In this document: in pieces, positions 1-9,256 of the stretch
Numbering within the stretch: the stretch's first letter is position 1
Layout: every line of letters begins with the position of its first letter
Origin: a bacterium
GTDB taxonomy: Bacteria; Arandabacterota; Arandabacteria; Arandabacterales; JALGWA01
DNA length: 31,995 bases
Assembly: GCA_050125095.1 (NCBI GenBank)
Contig: JASFEA010000016.1
Location: forward strand, 1 to 31,995
Direction of reading: 5' to 3'
Notes under the pieces: generated by a model
Seen by the model: the letters and a program-made list of their open reading frames with translations, nothing else
What the model was told of the DNA's origin: nothing
Database searches by the model: none
Program-made: the position numbers and the translations under genes

Positions 1-1270
1 CCCCGCCTCTCCAGCCGAAGTACTCTGTCTCGGGGGAGATACCCTGCCATGCGGCGTCGTCAGCCTTGCCGTCGATGACCGGGGCAGCCGCCACATGGGC
101 TGCATGTCCTGTCCGCCTTACGTTAAGGTACTCCACTATCTCGAAAGGCTCCTCGTCGCGATAGGGCAGGCTTATCCTGAGAGAGGGCACGGGGAACAGC
201 AGCCCGTCGGCCGACACGATTGCCGTGAGCTGGCCGACCTCGCCCGGCGGCACCTCTATATAGTCCTGCTCCGGCTCAATGCTCCAGCCCTCGCGGAGGT
301 CCCAGCGGGCCGTGTCCCGGAGCGTCTGCTCGCTTGTATTGTTGATGGTCACGGACACCTTCGCGGTTCCCGCGAGCCGCGTGCCGTCCACCCGGATCTC
401 GGAGAGGTTCACCGATTCCTTCTTGAACCTCGTAAGGTCCATCACGCCTTCCATGGTGACGAGATCCACTGGCGGGAAGGACTGCGGTCTCATGAGCTCG
501 ATCCTCAGCGAGTCGCCCACAACCTGGGCCAGCATATAGCAATAGAACGAGCCCTCCCGCTCGCTCGACCACATGCTCCCGCCCGATGACCCCACGCAGT
601 AGTAGTCTATGCCGTCCCGCTCGGTATAAAAGTAGCGGTGATAGTGGCCGCTGAAGACGGCATCGACGCCGTACTCGAGGAATAGGTCGTGGAGCCGGCT
701 CTCCCGGCCGAAAGAGAAGTCCTCGCACCAGAAGGGTTTGTGCAGAAAGACCAGAGTATGCGCCGCGCCCTGGGACTTCTCGAGTTCCTTGACAAACCAC
801 TTGAGCTTGTCCTCCTGGAAGTCATCGATACTGTAGTCCCTCGATACATCCAGTATTATGAAACGCGTGTTCTCTATCTTGAAGGCCCTGTTGACATCTC
901 CGACCCGGTCCCTGTATATCTCCTCGCTCTGGTCGTCCCAGATGTCGTGGTTGCCGGGCGTCAGGTAGTACTTGATGGGGACGGAGTCCATGATGGCCAG
1001 AAACTCGTCCCACTCATCCTCTATCTCTTCCTTATCGAGAGTGTAGCCCTCTATGTGGTCTCCCACGGTGATAATGAAGTCGGGGTCCAGGAATGCGGCC
1101 TCGGCCACGACGCTCTCGAATACGCCGGCCCTGGCGCCCCCCGTCCTGTCGCCGAGTATGGCGAAGGTGAAACGGTCCTCCCCCGCCCCAGCCGGAGAAG
1201 CCATTGAGAGAAGCAGAAAGGCCGCCAGAACGGCCGGCCCTAAGCGTGATATCGTCCTGTCGGGAGGCAT
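1..1270 (-). CDS. Secreted calcineurin-like metallophosphoesterase with C-terminal extension (partial, runs off the window's left edge)
   Basis: Not in the ORF track; translated by hand from ATG 1270 with no stop to the edge. Signal-peptide-like start MPPDRTISRLGPAVLAAFLLLSMASPAGA, then motifs FAILGD, TVGDH, PGNHD, VFLHKP, FSGHYH. APVIDGKADDAAW (CBM9-like domain start) lies near the edge. Confidence 0.85.
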   Translation of the reverse strand, partial: MPPDRTISRLGPAVLAAFLLLSMASPAGAGEDRFTFAILGDRTGGARAGVFESVVAEAAFLDPDFIITVGDHIEGYTLDKEEIEDEWDEFLAIMDSVPIKYYLTPGNHDIWDDQSEEIYRDRVGDVNRAFKIENTRFIILDVSRDYSIDDFQEDKLKWFVKELEKSQGAAHTLVFLHKPFWCEDFSFGRESRLHDLFLEYGVDAVFSGHYHRYFYTERDGIDYYCVGSSGGSMWSSEREGSFYCYMLAQVVGDSLRIELMRPQSFPPVDLVTMEGVMDLTRFKKESVNLSEIRVDGTRLAGTAKVSVTINNTSEQTLRDTARWDLREGWSIEPEQDYIEVPPGEVGQLTAIVSADGLLFPVPSLRISLPYRDEEPFEIVEYLNVRRTGHAAHVAAAPVIDGKADDAAWQGISPETEYFGWRGG

Positions 1271-1336
1271 CTTATTCCCCCTTATCCGGCCCCCTCCCGC
1301 GCCCTTCACCACCCCTTCCGGGGGCCCAATTATCGC

Positions 1337-1365
1337 TTGCACACCCCAGGGCCCTATGCTATCGT
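1337..1365 (+). promoter_or_regulatory. Candidate sigma70-type promoter for the kor-hdr operon
   Basis: TTGCAC-N17-TATCGT with an extended TGn motif, about 90 nt upstream of GTG 1457. Confidence 0.45.
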
Positions 1366-1456
1366 TTGTGGGATTGATTTTCCATAGGATTCTTTGTATC
1401 TTTCAAGGGATATTCCAAGGGTTTCCTAGGGCGAATAACTACGGGGGTATTCTAGC

Positions 1457-1747
1457 GTGGAGTTCTGGAGAAAACCGCTCGATGCCGACCAGGTGAAGGT
1501 CCCGCACGGGCAAATCTACGTCATTAAGGAACGATGTAAGGGATGCTCATTCTGCGTTGAGTACTGCCCCAGGGACGTACTCGAGCTCTCGGAAGAGTTC
1601 AACAAGAAGGGCTATCACCCTCCTTACGCAGCAAGGCCTGAGGACTGCGTGGCCTGCGGGCTCTGCGAGCTCATATGCCCCGAATTCGCCATATACGCCG
1701 AACTCATCGAAGAAGAAGAAAAAGAAACACAGAAACCGGAGGTGTAG
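1457..1747 (+). CDS. korD: 2-oxoacid:ferredoxin oxidoreductase delta subunit (2[4Fe-4S] ferredoxin)
   Basis: CKGCSFCVEYCP and CVACGLCELICP motifs, NKKGYHP segment; directly upstream of the alpha subunit. Confidence 0.85.
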   Translation: MEFWRKPLDADQVKVPHGQIYVIKERCKGCSFCVEYCPRDVLELSEEFNKKGYHPPYAARPEDCVACGLCELICPEFAIYAELIEEEEKETQKPEV

Positions 1748-1750
1748 GAA

Positions 1751-2905
1751 TTGGGTGAAGATAAGAGAGTGCTCACCGGCGAGCACTTCCTAAACGGAGA
1801 TCACGCGAGTGCCGAAGGCGCCATGGCTGCCGGCTGCAAGTTCTTCGGGGGCTACCCGATCACTCCATCTTCGGAAATCGCCGAGAGGATGTCGGAGAGA
1901 CTGCCCGAAGTCGGCGGCATTTATATCCAGATGGAAGACGAGCTGGCCTCGATGAACGCCATTCTCGGCGCCGCATGGGGCGGCTGGAAGACCATGACAT
2001 GCACGTCGGGCCCGGGCTTCAGCCTCATGATGGAGAACCTGGGGCTGGGCATCGTCCTCGAGACGCCGACTGTGCTCGTCAACATCCAGCGCGGCGGCCC
2101 GTCAACGGGGCTCCCCACGCTGGTGGGACAGGCGGACATGATGCAGGCGCGATGGGGATCGCATGGGGACTATGAGATCATAGCCCTCGCGCCGAGTTCG
2201 CCGCAGGAGATGTTCGATCATACATACAAGGCCTTCGGCCTGGCCGAGCAGTACAGGGTTCCCGTGCTCGTCATGAGCGACGAGTGCGTGGGCCACATGA
2301 CCGAGAAGGTGGTCATACCGCCGGCCGACGAGCTGCCGGTCTACCCGAGAAGATACACCAAGAAGAAGCCGGGCGAGTACCTTCCATTCAAGGTCTCCAA
2401 GGACGGGATTCCGGACATGGTCAAGGCGGGCGACGGCTACAATATACACGTGACGGGACTTACCCACGACGAGCGCGGCTATCCGGTGATTAACGCCGAG
2501 GCCCAGGACGTCATGGTAAGGCACCTCATGGACAAGATAAACGACAACCGTGACAAGATCATCGAGACCCAGGAGATCGACATAGAGGGAGCGGACGCTG
2601 TCATTGTCTCCTACGGCATATCGTCGCGAACCTGCTACCGCGCGCTTGACATGGCCAGGGAAGCCGGGCTCAAGGTCGGCATGTACAGGCTCGTGACGGT
2701 CTGGCCCTTCCCCGAGCGGCAGATACGCGAGCTGGCCAAGAAGGTCAAATCGCTGGTCATGGTCGAGCTCAACTTCGGCCAGGTCTATTACGAAGTCGAG
2801 AGATGCGCCTGCGGGAACGCCAGAACATACCTGGTTCCTCATGCCGGCGGCGACATACACGATCCCGCGGACATACTGGCCGTGCTTAAGGAGGCGGTGA
2901 AATGA
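1751..2905 (+). CDS. korA: 2-oxoacid:ferredoxin oxidoreductase alpha subunit
   Basis: GYPITPSSEI, QMEDELAS, TSGPGFSLM and QRGGPSTGLPT motifs; SD GGAGGTG before TTG. Substrate specificity cannot be determined from sequence. Confidence 0.93.
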   Translation: MGEDKRVLTGEHFLNGDHASAEGAMAAGCKFFGGYPITPSSEIAERMSERLPEVGGIYIQMEDELASMNAILGAAWGGWKTMTCTSGPGFSLMMENLGLGIVLETPTVLVNIQRGGPSTGLPTLVGQADMMQARWGSHGDYEIIALAPSSPQEMFDHTYKAFGLAEQYRVPVLVMSDECVGHMTEKVVIPPADELPVYPRRYTKKKPGEYLPFKVSKDGIPDMVKAGDGYNIHVTGLTHDERGYPVINAEAQDVMVRHLMDKINDNRDKIIETQEIDIEGADAVIVSYGISSRTCYRALDMAREAGLKVGMYRLVTVWPFPERQIRELAKKVKSLVMVELNFGQVYYEVERCACGNARTYLVPHAGGDIHDPADILAVLKEAVK

Positions 2906-3768
2906 CAAGACCCGATGCGACGACAATAGTTGACCCCATGGATGCCGAAAAGCATCCCATGTCCCGCTTCCTCCGGGAAGACCGCATGCCGCACATCTGG
3001 TGCTCGAGCTGCGGCCTGGGGACCACGCTGACCTGTTTCATCATGGCCGTCGTCGAGACGGGCATAGACCCCCAGAAGATGGCGGTGGTATCCGGCATCG
3101 GCTGCACGGGCCGTGTCGCGGGCTACCTCAACTTCGACTCGTTCCACACCACGCACGGCCGGGCGATACCCTTCGCCACAGGCCTGGCGCTTTCCAATCC
3201 CGAGCTCAAGGTGGTCGTCTACTCCGGCGACGGCGACATCGTCGCCATAGGCGGCAACCACTTCATACACGCGGCGCGGCGCAATATGGACATACTCTGC
3301 GTATGCGTCAACAACTTCACATACGGCATGACGGGCGGCCAGGTCGGGCCGACCACGCCTCTCACCGCCAAGGCGACCACGGCGCCTTACGGGTCCTTCG
3401 AGTTCCCGTTCAACATCCCTTACCTCGCCGTGGCGAGCGGGGCCAACTACGTCGCCAGATGGACCGCTCTTCACATGAGGCGCCTCAAGAGGTCGTTCCA
3501 GGAGGCCCTCAATAAGAAGGGGTTCCGGGTAATAGAGATCATATCTCCCTGCCCCACCGCCTTCGCGCGCAAGAACCGCCTCGGCACCGGGCTCGACGTC
3601 CTCAAGTACTACCACGCCAACAGCATCATTCAGCACGGCGCCGATCCCAGGGACGCGACCATCGACCTGGGAGGCAAGATCATCGTTGGCAAGTTCCTCG
3701 ATGAGGACAGGCCCTGTTACAGAGATTACGTGACTGAGAATGTTTCAAGGCAGTTAGGAGGAAAGTGA
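2902..3768 (+). CDS. korB: 2-oxoacid:ferredoxin oxidoreductase beta (TPP-binding) subunit
   Basis: WCSSCG, SGIGC, HTTHGRA, GDGD...NN and YGMTGGQ motifs; ATGA overlap with korA. Confidence 0.93.
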   Translation: MTRPDATTIVDPMDAEKHPMSRFLREDRMPHIWCSSCGLGTTLTCFIMAVVETGIDPQKMAVVSGIGCTGRVAGYLNFDSFHTTHGRAIPFATGLALSNPELKVVVYSGDGDIVAIGGNHFIHAARRNMDILCVCVNNFTYGMTGGQVGPTTPLTAKATTAPYGSFEFPFNIPYLAVASGANYVARWTALHMRRLKRSFQEALNKKGFRVIEIISPCPTAFARKNRLGTGLDVLKYYHANSIIQHGADPRDATIDLGGKIIVGKFLDEDRPCYRDYVTENVSRQLGGK

Positions 3769-4352
3769 TGCCGGCGGCTAAACCAAAGAGAGACGAAGTT
3801 CGCTTCACCGGTTTCGGCGGCCAGGGTATGGCCGTTCTCGGCTACATCCTCGGGCGGGCCGCGGCGGTATATGACGGAAAGAACGCCACCATGACCCAGT
3901 CCTACGGCCCTGAAGCAAGAGGCGGCGCGTCGAGCTCGCAGGTGATCATCTGCGCGGGCCCCGTCTACTATCCCTACGTGATTGTTCCCAACGTCCTGGT
4001 GGGAATGTCACAGGAGGGCTACACCAAGCACAGGGAGAACCTCACCGATAAAGGCATTATGCTCATCGATGAGGACCTGGTATCACTGGTTGAGGACGAG
4101 AATCTCAAGAGGGTCTACAGCATACCGGCAACGCGATTCGCCGAGGAGCTCGGCAGGAAGATCGTCGCAAACATAGTTATGCTGGGCTTCCTCTCCGCGC
4201 TTACCGACTTCGTTAGCGATGACGCGATCAGGAAAGCTATCGCCGATTCGGTGCCGAGGGGAACCATCGATCTCAATATGAAAGCCTATGACAAGGGAAG
4301 GACCTACGGGCAGGAGATGGCCAAGGCCAAATCCTCCAAGGCCAAGGCCTAG
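3768..4352 (+). CDS. korC: 2-oxoacid:ferredoxin oxidoreductase gamma subunit
   Basis: GFGGQG, TQSYGPEARGGAS and ANIVMLG motifs; SD AGGAGG; start at ATG 3768 or GTG 3765, overlapping the korB stop. Confidence 0.92.
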   Translation: MPAAKPKRDEVRFTGFGGQGMAVLGYILGRAAAVYDGKNATMTQSYGPEARGGASSSQVIICAGPVYYPYVIVPNVLVGMSQEGYTKHRENLTDKGIMLIDEDLVSLVEDENLKRVYSIPATRFAEELGRKIVANIVMLGFLSALTDFVSDDAIRKAIADSVPRGTIDLNMKAYDKGRTYGQEMAKAKSSKAKA

Positions 4353-4426
4353 CGTCCTTGACTTCATAGCGCTTGCAATCGCGATTTCATGGAGAAGAGG
4401 TTAGTCTATACCCAGAACGGAATCGA

Positions 4427-7400
4427 ATGAGTAGCGCGAACGCCAATAAAGCCAGAGCCCTGTCGAGAAAGGGAGTATTAGTAATCGGCGGCGGCGTCGC
4501 AGGCATACAGAGCGCCCTCGACCTTGCGCACGGGGGCGCTCAGGTTTTTCTGGTGGAGCGCAACCCGTCGGTGGGTGGCCGCATGGCGCAGCTCGACAAG
4601 ACCCTGCCCACCAATGACTGCTCCATATGCATTCAATCCCCCCTGCTGGTCGAAGCCCTGAGGCATGAGAACGTGGTCATGCTGACCTACAGCGAGGTGA
4701 TCAGCCTCGAAGGGGAAGCGGGTGATTTCGAGGTCAAGGTCTTGAAGCACTCGCGTTATGTCGACGAGAACGAGTGCATAGGCTGCGGCGTATGCCAGAA
4801 GGCCTGTCCGGTGTCGGTACCCAATGAGTTCGACATGGGGCTCGGCGAAAGGCACGCCATATACATCCCGATGGCCCAGTCCACTCCGATGCTGTACACA
4901 ATCGACGACGGCGCGTGCCTCAACTTCGCCTCCGGGGAATTCAAGGACGTCTGCAGCAAGTGCGCCGCCAAGTGCCCCCGCAAGGCAATCGACTTCGAGC
5001 TTAAGGACGAGGTCATCGAGCTCAACGTGGGGGCCGTGATAGTCGCGACGGGATTCGACGAGATGGACCCGTCGCCCTTGAAGAATCTCGGATACGGCGA
5101 GCATGAGGACATACTGACCGGGCTCGAGTTCGAGCGCATGCTCAACGCCGCCGGCCCCACGGGCGGCCGGGTCCTCAAGAGGTCTGACGGCTGCCCGCCC
5201 AGGACCATGGCCTTCGTTCAATGCGTGGGCTCGAGGGACGAGCGCTACTCTCCGTGGTGCTCGCGCGTCTGCTGCGTCTACTCCATAAAACAGTGCATGA
5301 TCGCGAAGGACCATGAGAAATCCATAGAGGACTTCTATTACTTCTACAGGGACATAAGGGCTTACGGCCGCGGGTTCGAGGAGTACTATCACCGCGGCGA
5401 GGACGAGACGGGCATCACTTTCCTGAGGTCTTCCCCGTCGGACATAACCATTAAGCCCGGCGGGACGCTGCTCCTCAGGTACGAAGACGCGGAGACGGCG
5501 CGACCGGCGAGCGTTGAAACCGACATGGTGGTACTCACGTGCGCCATGATCCCGAGCTCCGGAACGCGCGACCTGGCGGGCATACTTGGAGTCGAGCTAG
5601 GGGGCGACGGCTACTTCAAGCTGGCCGACCCCCTTACAGACCCGGTCTCGACGACGCGGCAGGGCGTCTTCGTCTGCGGCTGCGCCGCAGGCCCGAGGGA
5701 CATACCCGACTCGGTCGCCCAGGCCTCGGCCGCGAGCGCCCGCGCGCTGCCCTACGTCGGAGAGGCCAGGTTCTATCCTCTGGTCAAGCCCCTGCCCGAG
5801 GGCGACGCCGACGAGGAGCCGCGAATCGGGGTCTTCGTCTGCCACTGCGGCCACAATATCGGCGGGGTAGTCGACAGCAAGTCGGTCGCCGAGTACGCGC
5901 GCGGCCTGCCCAATGTCACTTTCGCCACCGACAATCTCTACACGTGCTCGGACGATACCCAGAGCAAGATTGCGGACATCATCGTGAAGCGGAACCTCAA
6001 CCGGGTGGTGGTGGCCGCCTGCACACCGAGGACGCATGAGCCCATATTCAGACAGACCTGCGAAAGCGCGGGCCTCAATCCGTACCTGTTCGACATGGCT
6101 AACATCAGGGACCAGTGCTCCTGGGTACACTCGGAAGAGCCCGAGGAGGCGACCCGGAAGTCGCGGGACCTGGTGCGAATGGCCGTCGCCCGCGCCAGGG
6201 ACTTGAGCCCGCTTCAGGCCAGGGTGGTGGACGCCGAGAAAAGCGTGCTTGTCATCGGGGGCGGCATATCGGGAATCCAGTGCGCCATCGATCTTGCCCG
6301 GATGGGCCTGGCGGTGCATCTCGCCGAGCGCGAGACGGCCCTGGGCGGCAAGCTCAGGGAACTCGACCGGCTCTTCCCCACCGGGGATAAGGCGTCCGAT
6401 GTTCTCGAGGCCAAGATCGCCGAGCTCGAGGCGCTGCCCGTGGACATAATTACGGGCGCCAGGATAGAGTCCGTAGAGGGCTTCGTGGGCAACTTCGAGA
6501 TAAAGGTGAACGGCCGCGAGCTCAGGATAGGCTCCATCGTGCTGGCGACCGGCGGAGAGAACCTCGTGCCCGAGGGCAAGTTCGGCTATGGCGACCTCCC
6601 CGCCGTGATGACTTCGGCCCAGTTCGAGGAGTGCCTGGGGGACACGGACTCGTTCGGCTCCCCCTATAGAATCGCATTCATACAATGCGCGGGCTCGCGC
6701 GAGAGAGAGGGCTATACCGGCTGCTCTCGCTACTGCTGCCAGGTCGCCCTCAAGCAGGCGCGCGAGTCCATCAGGAAAGGCGCCGAGATAACCTTCATCC
6801 ACCGCGACGTAAGGTCGTTCACCCGCCAGGGCGAGGAACTCTATAGAGAGGTGAGGCTCGAGGGCGGGCGATTCATAAGGCGCAAGCAGGACAGCGTCAT
6901 AAAGGTAAAGGGCAACGGCTCCGGGGGCACGCTCACGGTTTTCGACGAAGGCGTCAGGGAGGACGTTGAGGTGCCGTTTGACCTCGTCGTGCTCGCCGTG
7001 CCCATGGTCGCGGCCAGCGGTACGCACGAGCTGGCCGAGAAGCTCAGGATACCCCTCGGGCAGGACGGCTTCTTCCTCGAGCGCCATGTCAAGCTCGGGC
7101 CCCTTGAGACCAACACGGAGGGTATCTTCCTATGCGGATGCGCTTCGTATCCCAAGGACATACCCGACAGCCTCGCGCAGGCTTCGGGGGCCGCGGCCAA
7201 GGTGGGAAGGCTTCTCAATAAGGGCTACGTCGCCCTGGAGCCCGCGACCGCCGCAGTTGCGAGGCATCTATGCAGGGCATGCGGAACATGCGTTGCCATA
7301 TGCGAATACAATGCACCCGGCCTCGTAGAGGAAGAAGGCACAGCGTATGCCGTCATAAACGAGGCGCTGTGCAAGGGCTGCGGAACTTGCGCGGCCCATT

Positions 7401-7489
7401 GCCCCACGGGGGCGATCACCGCGAAGCACTACACGGACAGACAGATAGACGACATGATGGAGGCATTCCTGCTGGAGTGGGAAACCTGA
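4427..7489 (+). CDS. hdrA: Tandem HdrA-like FAD/[4Fe-4S] oxidoreductase (two fused HdrA modules)
   Basis: Two Rossmann motifs ([20 protein letters not shown]), DKTLPTNDCSIC, two QC(V/A)GSR...CSRxCC motifs, an internal RIGVFVCHCG domain and a C-terminal 2[4Fe-4S] domain. Start placed at ATG 4427; the ORF track starts at TTG 4373. Confidence 0.9.
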   Translation: MSSANANKARALSRKGVLVIGGGVAGIQSALDLAHGGAQVFLVERNPSVGGRMAQLDKTLPTNDCSICIQSPLLVEALRHENVVMLTYSEVISLEGEAGDFEVKVLKHSRYVDENECIGCGVCQKACPVSVPNEFDMGLGERHAIYIPMAQSTPMLYTIDDGACLNFASGEFKDVCSKCAAKCPRKAIDFELKDEVIELNVGAVIVATGFDEMDPSPLKNLGYGEHEDILTGLEFERMLNAAGPTGGRVLKRSDGCPPRTMAFVQCVGSRDERYSPWCSRVCCVYSIKQCMIAKDHEKSIEDFYYFYRDIRAYGRGFEEYYHRGEDETGITFLRSSPSDITIKPGGTLLLRYEDAETARPASVETDMVVLTCAMIPSSGTRDLAGILGVELGGDGYFKLADPLTDPVSTTRQGVFVCGCAAGPRDIPDSVAQASAASARALPYVGEARFYPLVKPLPEGDADEEPRIGVFVCHCGHNIGGVVDSKSVAEYARGLPNVTFATDNLYTCSDDTQSKIADIIVKRNLNRVVVAACTPRTHEPIFRQTCESAGLNPYLFDMANIRDQCSWVHSEEPEEATRKSRDLVRMAVARARDLSPLQARVVDAEKSVLVIGGGISGIQCAIDLARMGLAVHLAERETALGGKLRELDRLFPTGDKASDVLEAKIAELEALPVDIITGARIESVEGFVGNFEIKVNGRELRIGSIVLATGGENLVPEGKFGYGDLPAVMTSAQFEECLGDTDSFGSPYRIAFIQCAGSREREGYTGCSRYCCQVALKQARESIRKGAEITFIHRDVRSFTRQGEELYREVRLEGGRFIRRKQDSVIKVKGNGSGGTLTVFDEGVREDVEVPFDLVVLAVPMVAASGTHELAEKLRIPLGQDGFFLERHVKLGPLETNTEGIFLCGCASYPKDIPDSLAQASGAAAKVGRLLNKGYVALEPATAAVARHLCRACGTCVAICEYNAPGLVEEEGTAYAVINEALCKGCGTCAAHCPTGAITAKHYTDRQIDDMMEAFLLEWET

Positions 7490-7923
7490 TGGAGACGGAG
7501 GGCCCGATGGCCGGGTTCGAACCCAGAATCGTAGCGTTCGCCTGCAACTGGTGTTCATATGCGGGAGCAGACCTGGCGGGCGTCTCGCGCCTGCAGTACC
7601 CTCCCAACATAAGGACAATAAGGGTGATGTGCTCGGGGCGCGTGACTCCGGGCATGATACTCAGGGCGTTCGCCGGCGGGGCGGACGGAGTGTATGTCTC
7701 GGGCTGCCACATAGGCGACTGCCACTACGGCTTCGGTAACCGCCGGGCCGAAGAGCAGATCGCCGAGGCCAGGAAGCTCGTGGAGATGCTGGGGCTCGAA
7801 CCCGAGAGGCTTCACCTCGAATGGGTATCTGCGGCCGAGGGCGAGAAGTTCGCCACGTCGGTGCGTGAATTCGTGGAAAGGGTCAAGAAGCTTGGAAGAA
7901 GCCCGATCACAGAGAGATCTTAA
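7489..7923 (+). CDS. mvhD: MvhD/FlxD-type [2Fe-2S] subunit
   Basis: [33 protein letters not shown] and WVSAAEG motifs. Start at ATG 7489 (TGATG overlap) or ATG 7507 (SD GGAGG); the upstream part of the 7270 ORF is spurious. Confidence 0.92.
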   Translation: METEGPMAGFEPRIVAFACNWCSYAGADLAGVSRLQYPPNIRTIRVMCSGRVTPGMILRAFAGGADGVYVSGCHIGDCHYGFGNRRAEEQIAEARKLVEMLGLEPERLHLEWVSAAEGEKFATSVREFVERVKKLGRSPITERS

Positions 7924-9256
7924 GGAAATAGCTCTCGATACGCGCGTATACATGTGCGTCGACTGCTCAAAGTGCACGGGCAGCTGCCCCATAGGCATCG
8001 CTGGCGAGATCTACTCCCCCAGGTCCGTGGTGCAGCACGCGCTCCTGGACGGCAGGGACCCCGTGCCCGGCGAGATATGGCGCTGCCTTACATGCGGGAC
8101 ATGCAGGGTGCGCTGTCCTTCCGACGTCGACTACCCCGAGTTCATAAGGAGCATGAGGGAGACCGCGCTACAAAAGCACCTCCTCCCCCAGCATACGCAC
8201 GGCGGCGTCATACTCGAGATGATGCGCATCATGAGCAAGTACCCCGGCCGGCAGAAGCGCACCGGCTTCCTTCCCGAATGGGTGCAGGTGCTCGGACCGG
8301 ACGACCGCGACAGGACAGCCGAGGACATATACTTCGTCGGATGCGCTCCCTACTTCGATGTCATATTCGACCACTTCAATCTCGACATGGCCGCGACTCA
8401 CACGGCGGCCCTCGAACTTCTCAAGGAAGCCGGCGTCACCTGCGCCGTGCTAGCCGACGAAGTCTGTTGCGGCCACGACGCCCTGTGGTCGGGCGACACC
8501 GACCTCTTCTCGAAGCTGGCCCGCCTGAACGCAGCCGCCCTCGAGAGAGTCGGAGCAAAGCGCGTGTTCGTTTCGTGCCCTGAGGGTTTCCACACGCTGG
8601 CCAACAAGTACAGCCGCTTCTTCGGCAACCGGGAGGTTGAAGTCGTGAACACGCTGGGCTTCCTCGCCGCCAACGGCGGGGGCATCCGGTTTCGAGAGAA
8701 AGCGCCCGGCGCCCGGGAGGCCGAGGGCATCCCGGACGATGCCTGGGAGACGGATCGGCCCGGCCGGCAGAGCAGCGGACGCGACTACGTGGCGGATGAC
8801 GGCGAGCCCGAGACCAGGGCGGACCGGCGCGAGTACTCCCTGGCCAGCGCCAGGCCGTCGGGCGGACGCGCCGGAGGGCCCGCGGAGGATTCACGGAGAA
8901 GACCGGCCGACCTCGTCGTCCTGCACGATCCCTGCCGCATGGGCAGGTTTTCGGGCCTCTACGACGCTCCGAGAGACCTGCTCGGGCGGATACCCGGCCT
9001 CGAATTGAGGGAGATGGAGTTCAACCGCGACTCCTCGCCGTGTTGCGGCAGCAATCTCTGGATAAACTGCGACCACATCTCTAAACGGCTCCAGTCGGGC
9101 CTCATAGCCGGGGCGGAAAAAACGGGTGCCGGAGTGCTGCTCACGTCATGCGACAAGTGCAGGATACATCTTGCATGCGCTGATATGGTAATGGGCGAGG
9201 TCAAGCCCAGGATGGAAATAAAGAACATACTTACCTTTATCAATGAGAGGAGGTGA
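7892..9256 (+). CDS. HdrD-like (HdrC-HdrB fusion type) Fe-S oxidoreductase with two CCG domains
   Basis: [12 protein letters not shown] and [12 protein letters not shown] ferredoxin motifs; FVGC...CCG...SCPEG and HDPC...CCG...SCDKC domains. Probable start TTG 7892; the ORF track starts at 7865. Confidence 0.85.
   Translation: MEEARSQRDLKEIALDTRVYMCVDCSKCTGSCPIGIAGEIYSPRSVVQHALLDGRDPVPGEIWRCLTCGTCRVRCPSDVDYPEFIRSMRETALQKHLLPQHTHGGVILEMMRIMSKYPGRQKRTGFLPEWVQVLGPDDRDRTAEDIYFVGCAPYFDVIFDHFNLDMAATHTAALELLKEAGVTCAVLADEVCCGHDALWSGDTDLFSKLARLNAAALERVGAKRVFVSCPEGFHTLANKYSRFFGNREVEVVNTLGFLAANGGGIRFREKAPGAREAEGIPDDAWETDRPGRQSSGRDYVADDGEPETRADRREYSLASARPSGGRAGGPAEDSRRRPADLVVLHDPCRMGRFSGLYDAPRDLLGRIPGLELREMEFNRDSSPCCGSNLWINCDHISKRLQSGLIAGAEKTGAGVLLTSCDKCRIHLACADMVMGEVKPRMEIKNILTFINERR

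Noticed and set aside
95-1207. Plus-strand ORFs 95-589 and 689-1207
   Set aside because: They are shadows of the minus-strand metallophosphoesterase, which carries the full motif set.
1745-1753. korD and korA are in the same frame separated by TAG-GAA, suggesting amber/pyrrolysine readthrough
   Set aside because: A strong SD (GGAGGTG) is properly spaced before TTG 1751, separate delta and alpha subunits are normal, and the TAG is not at a conserved residue.
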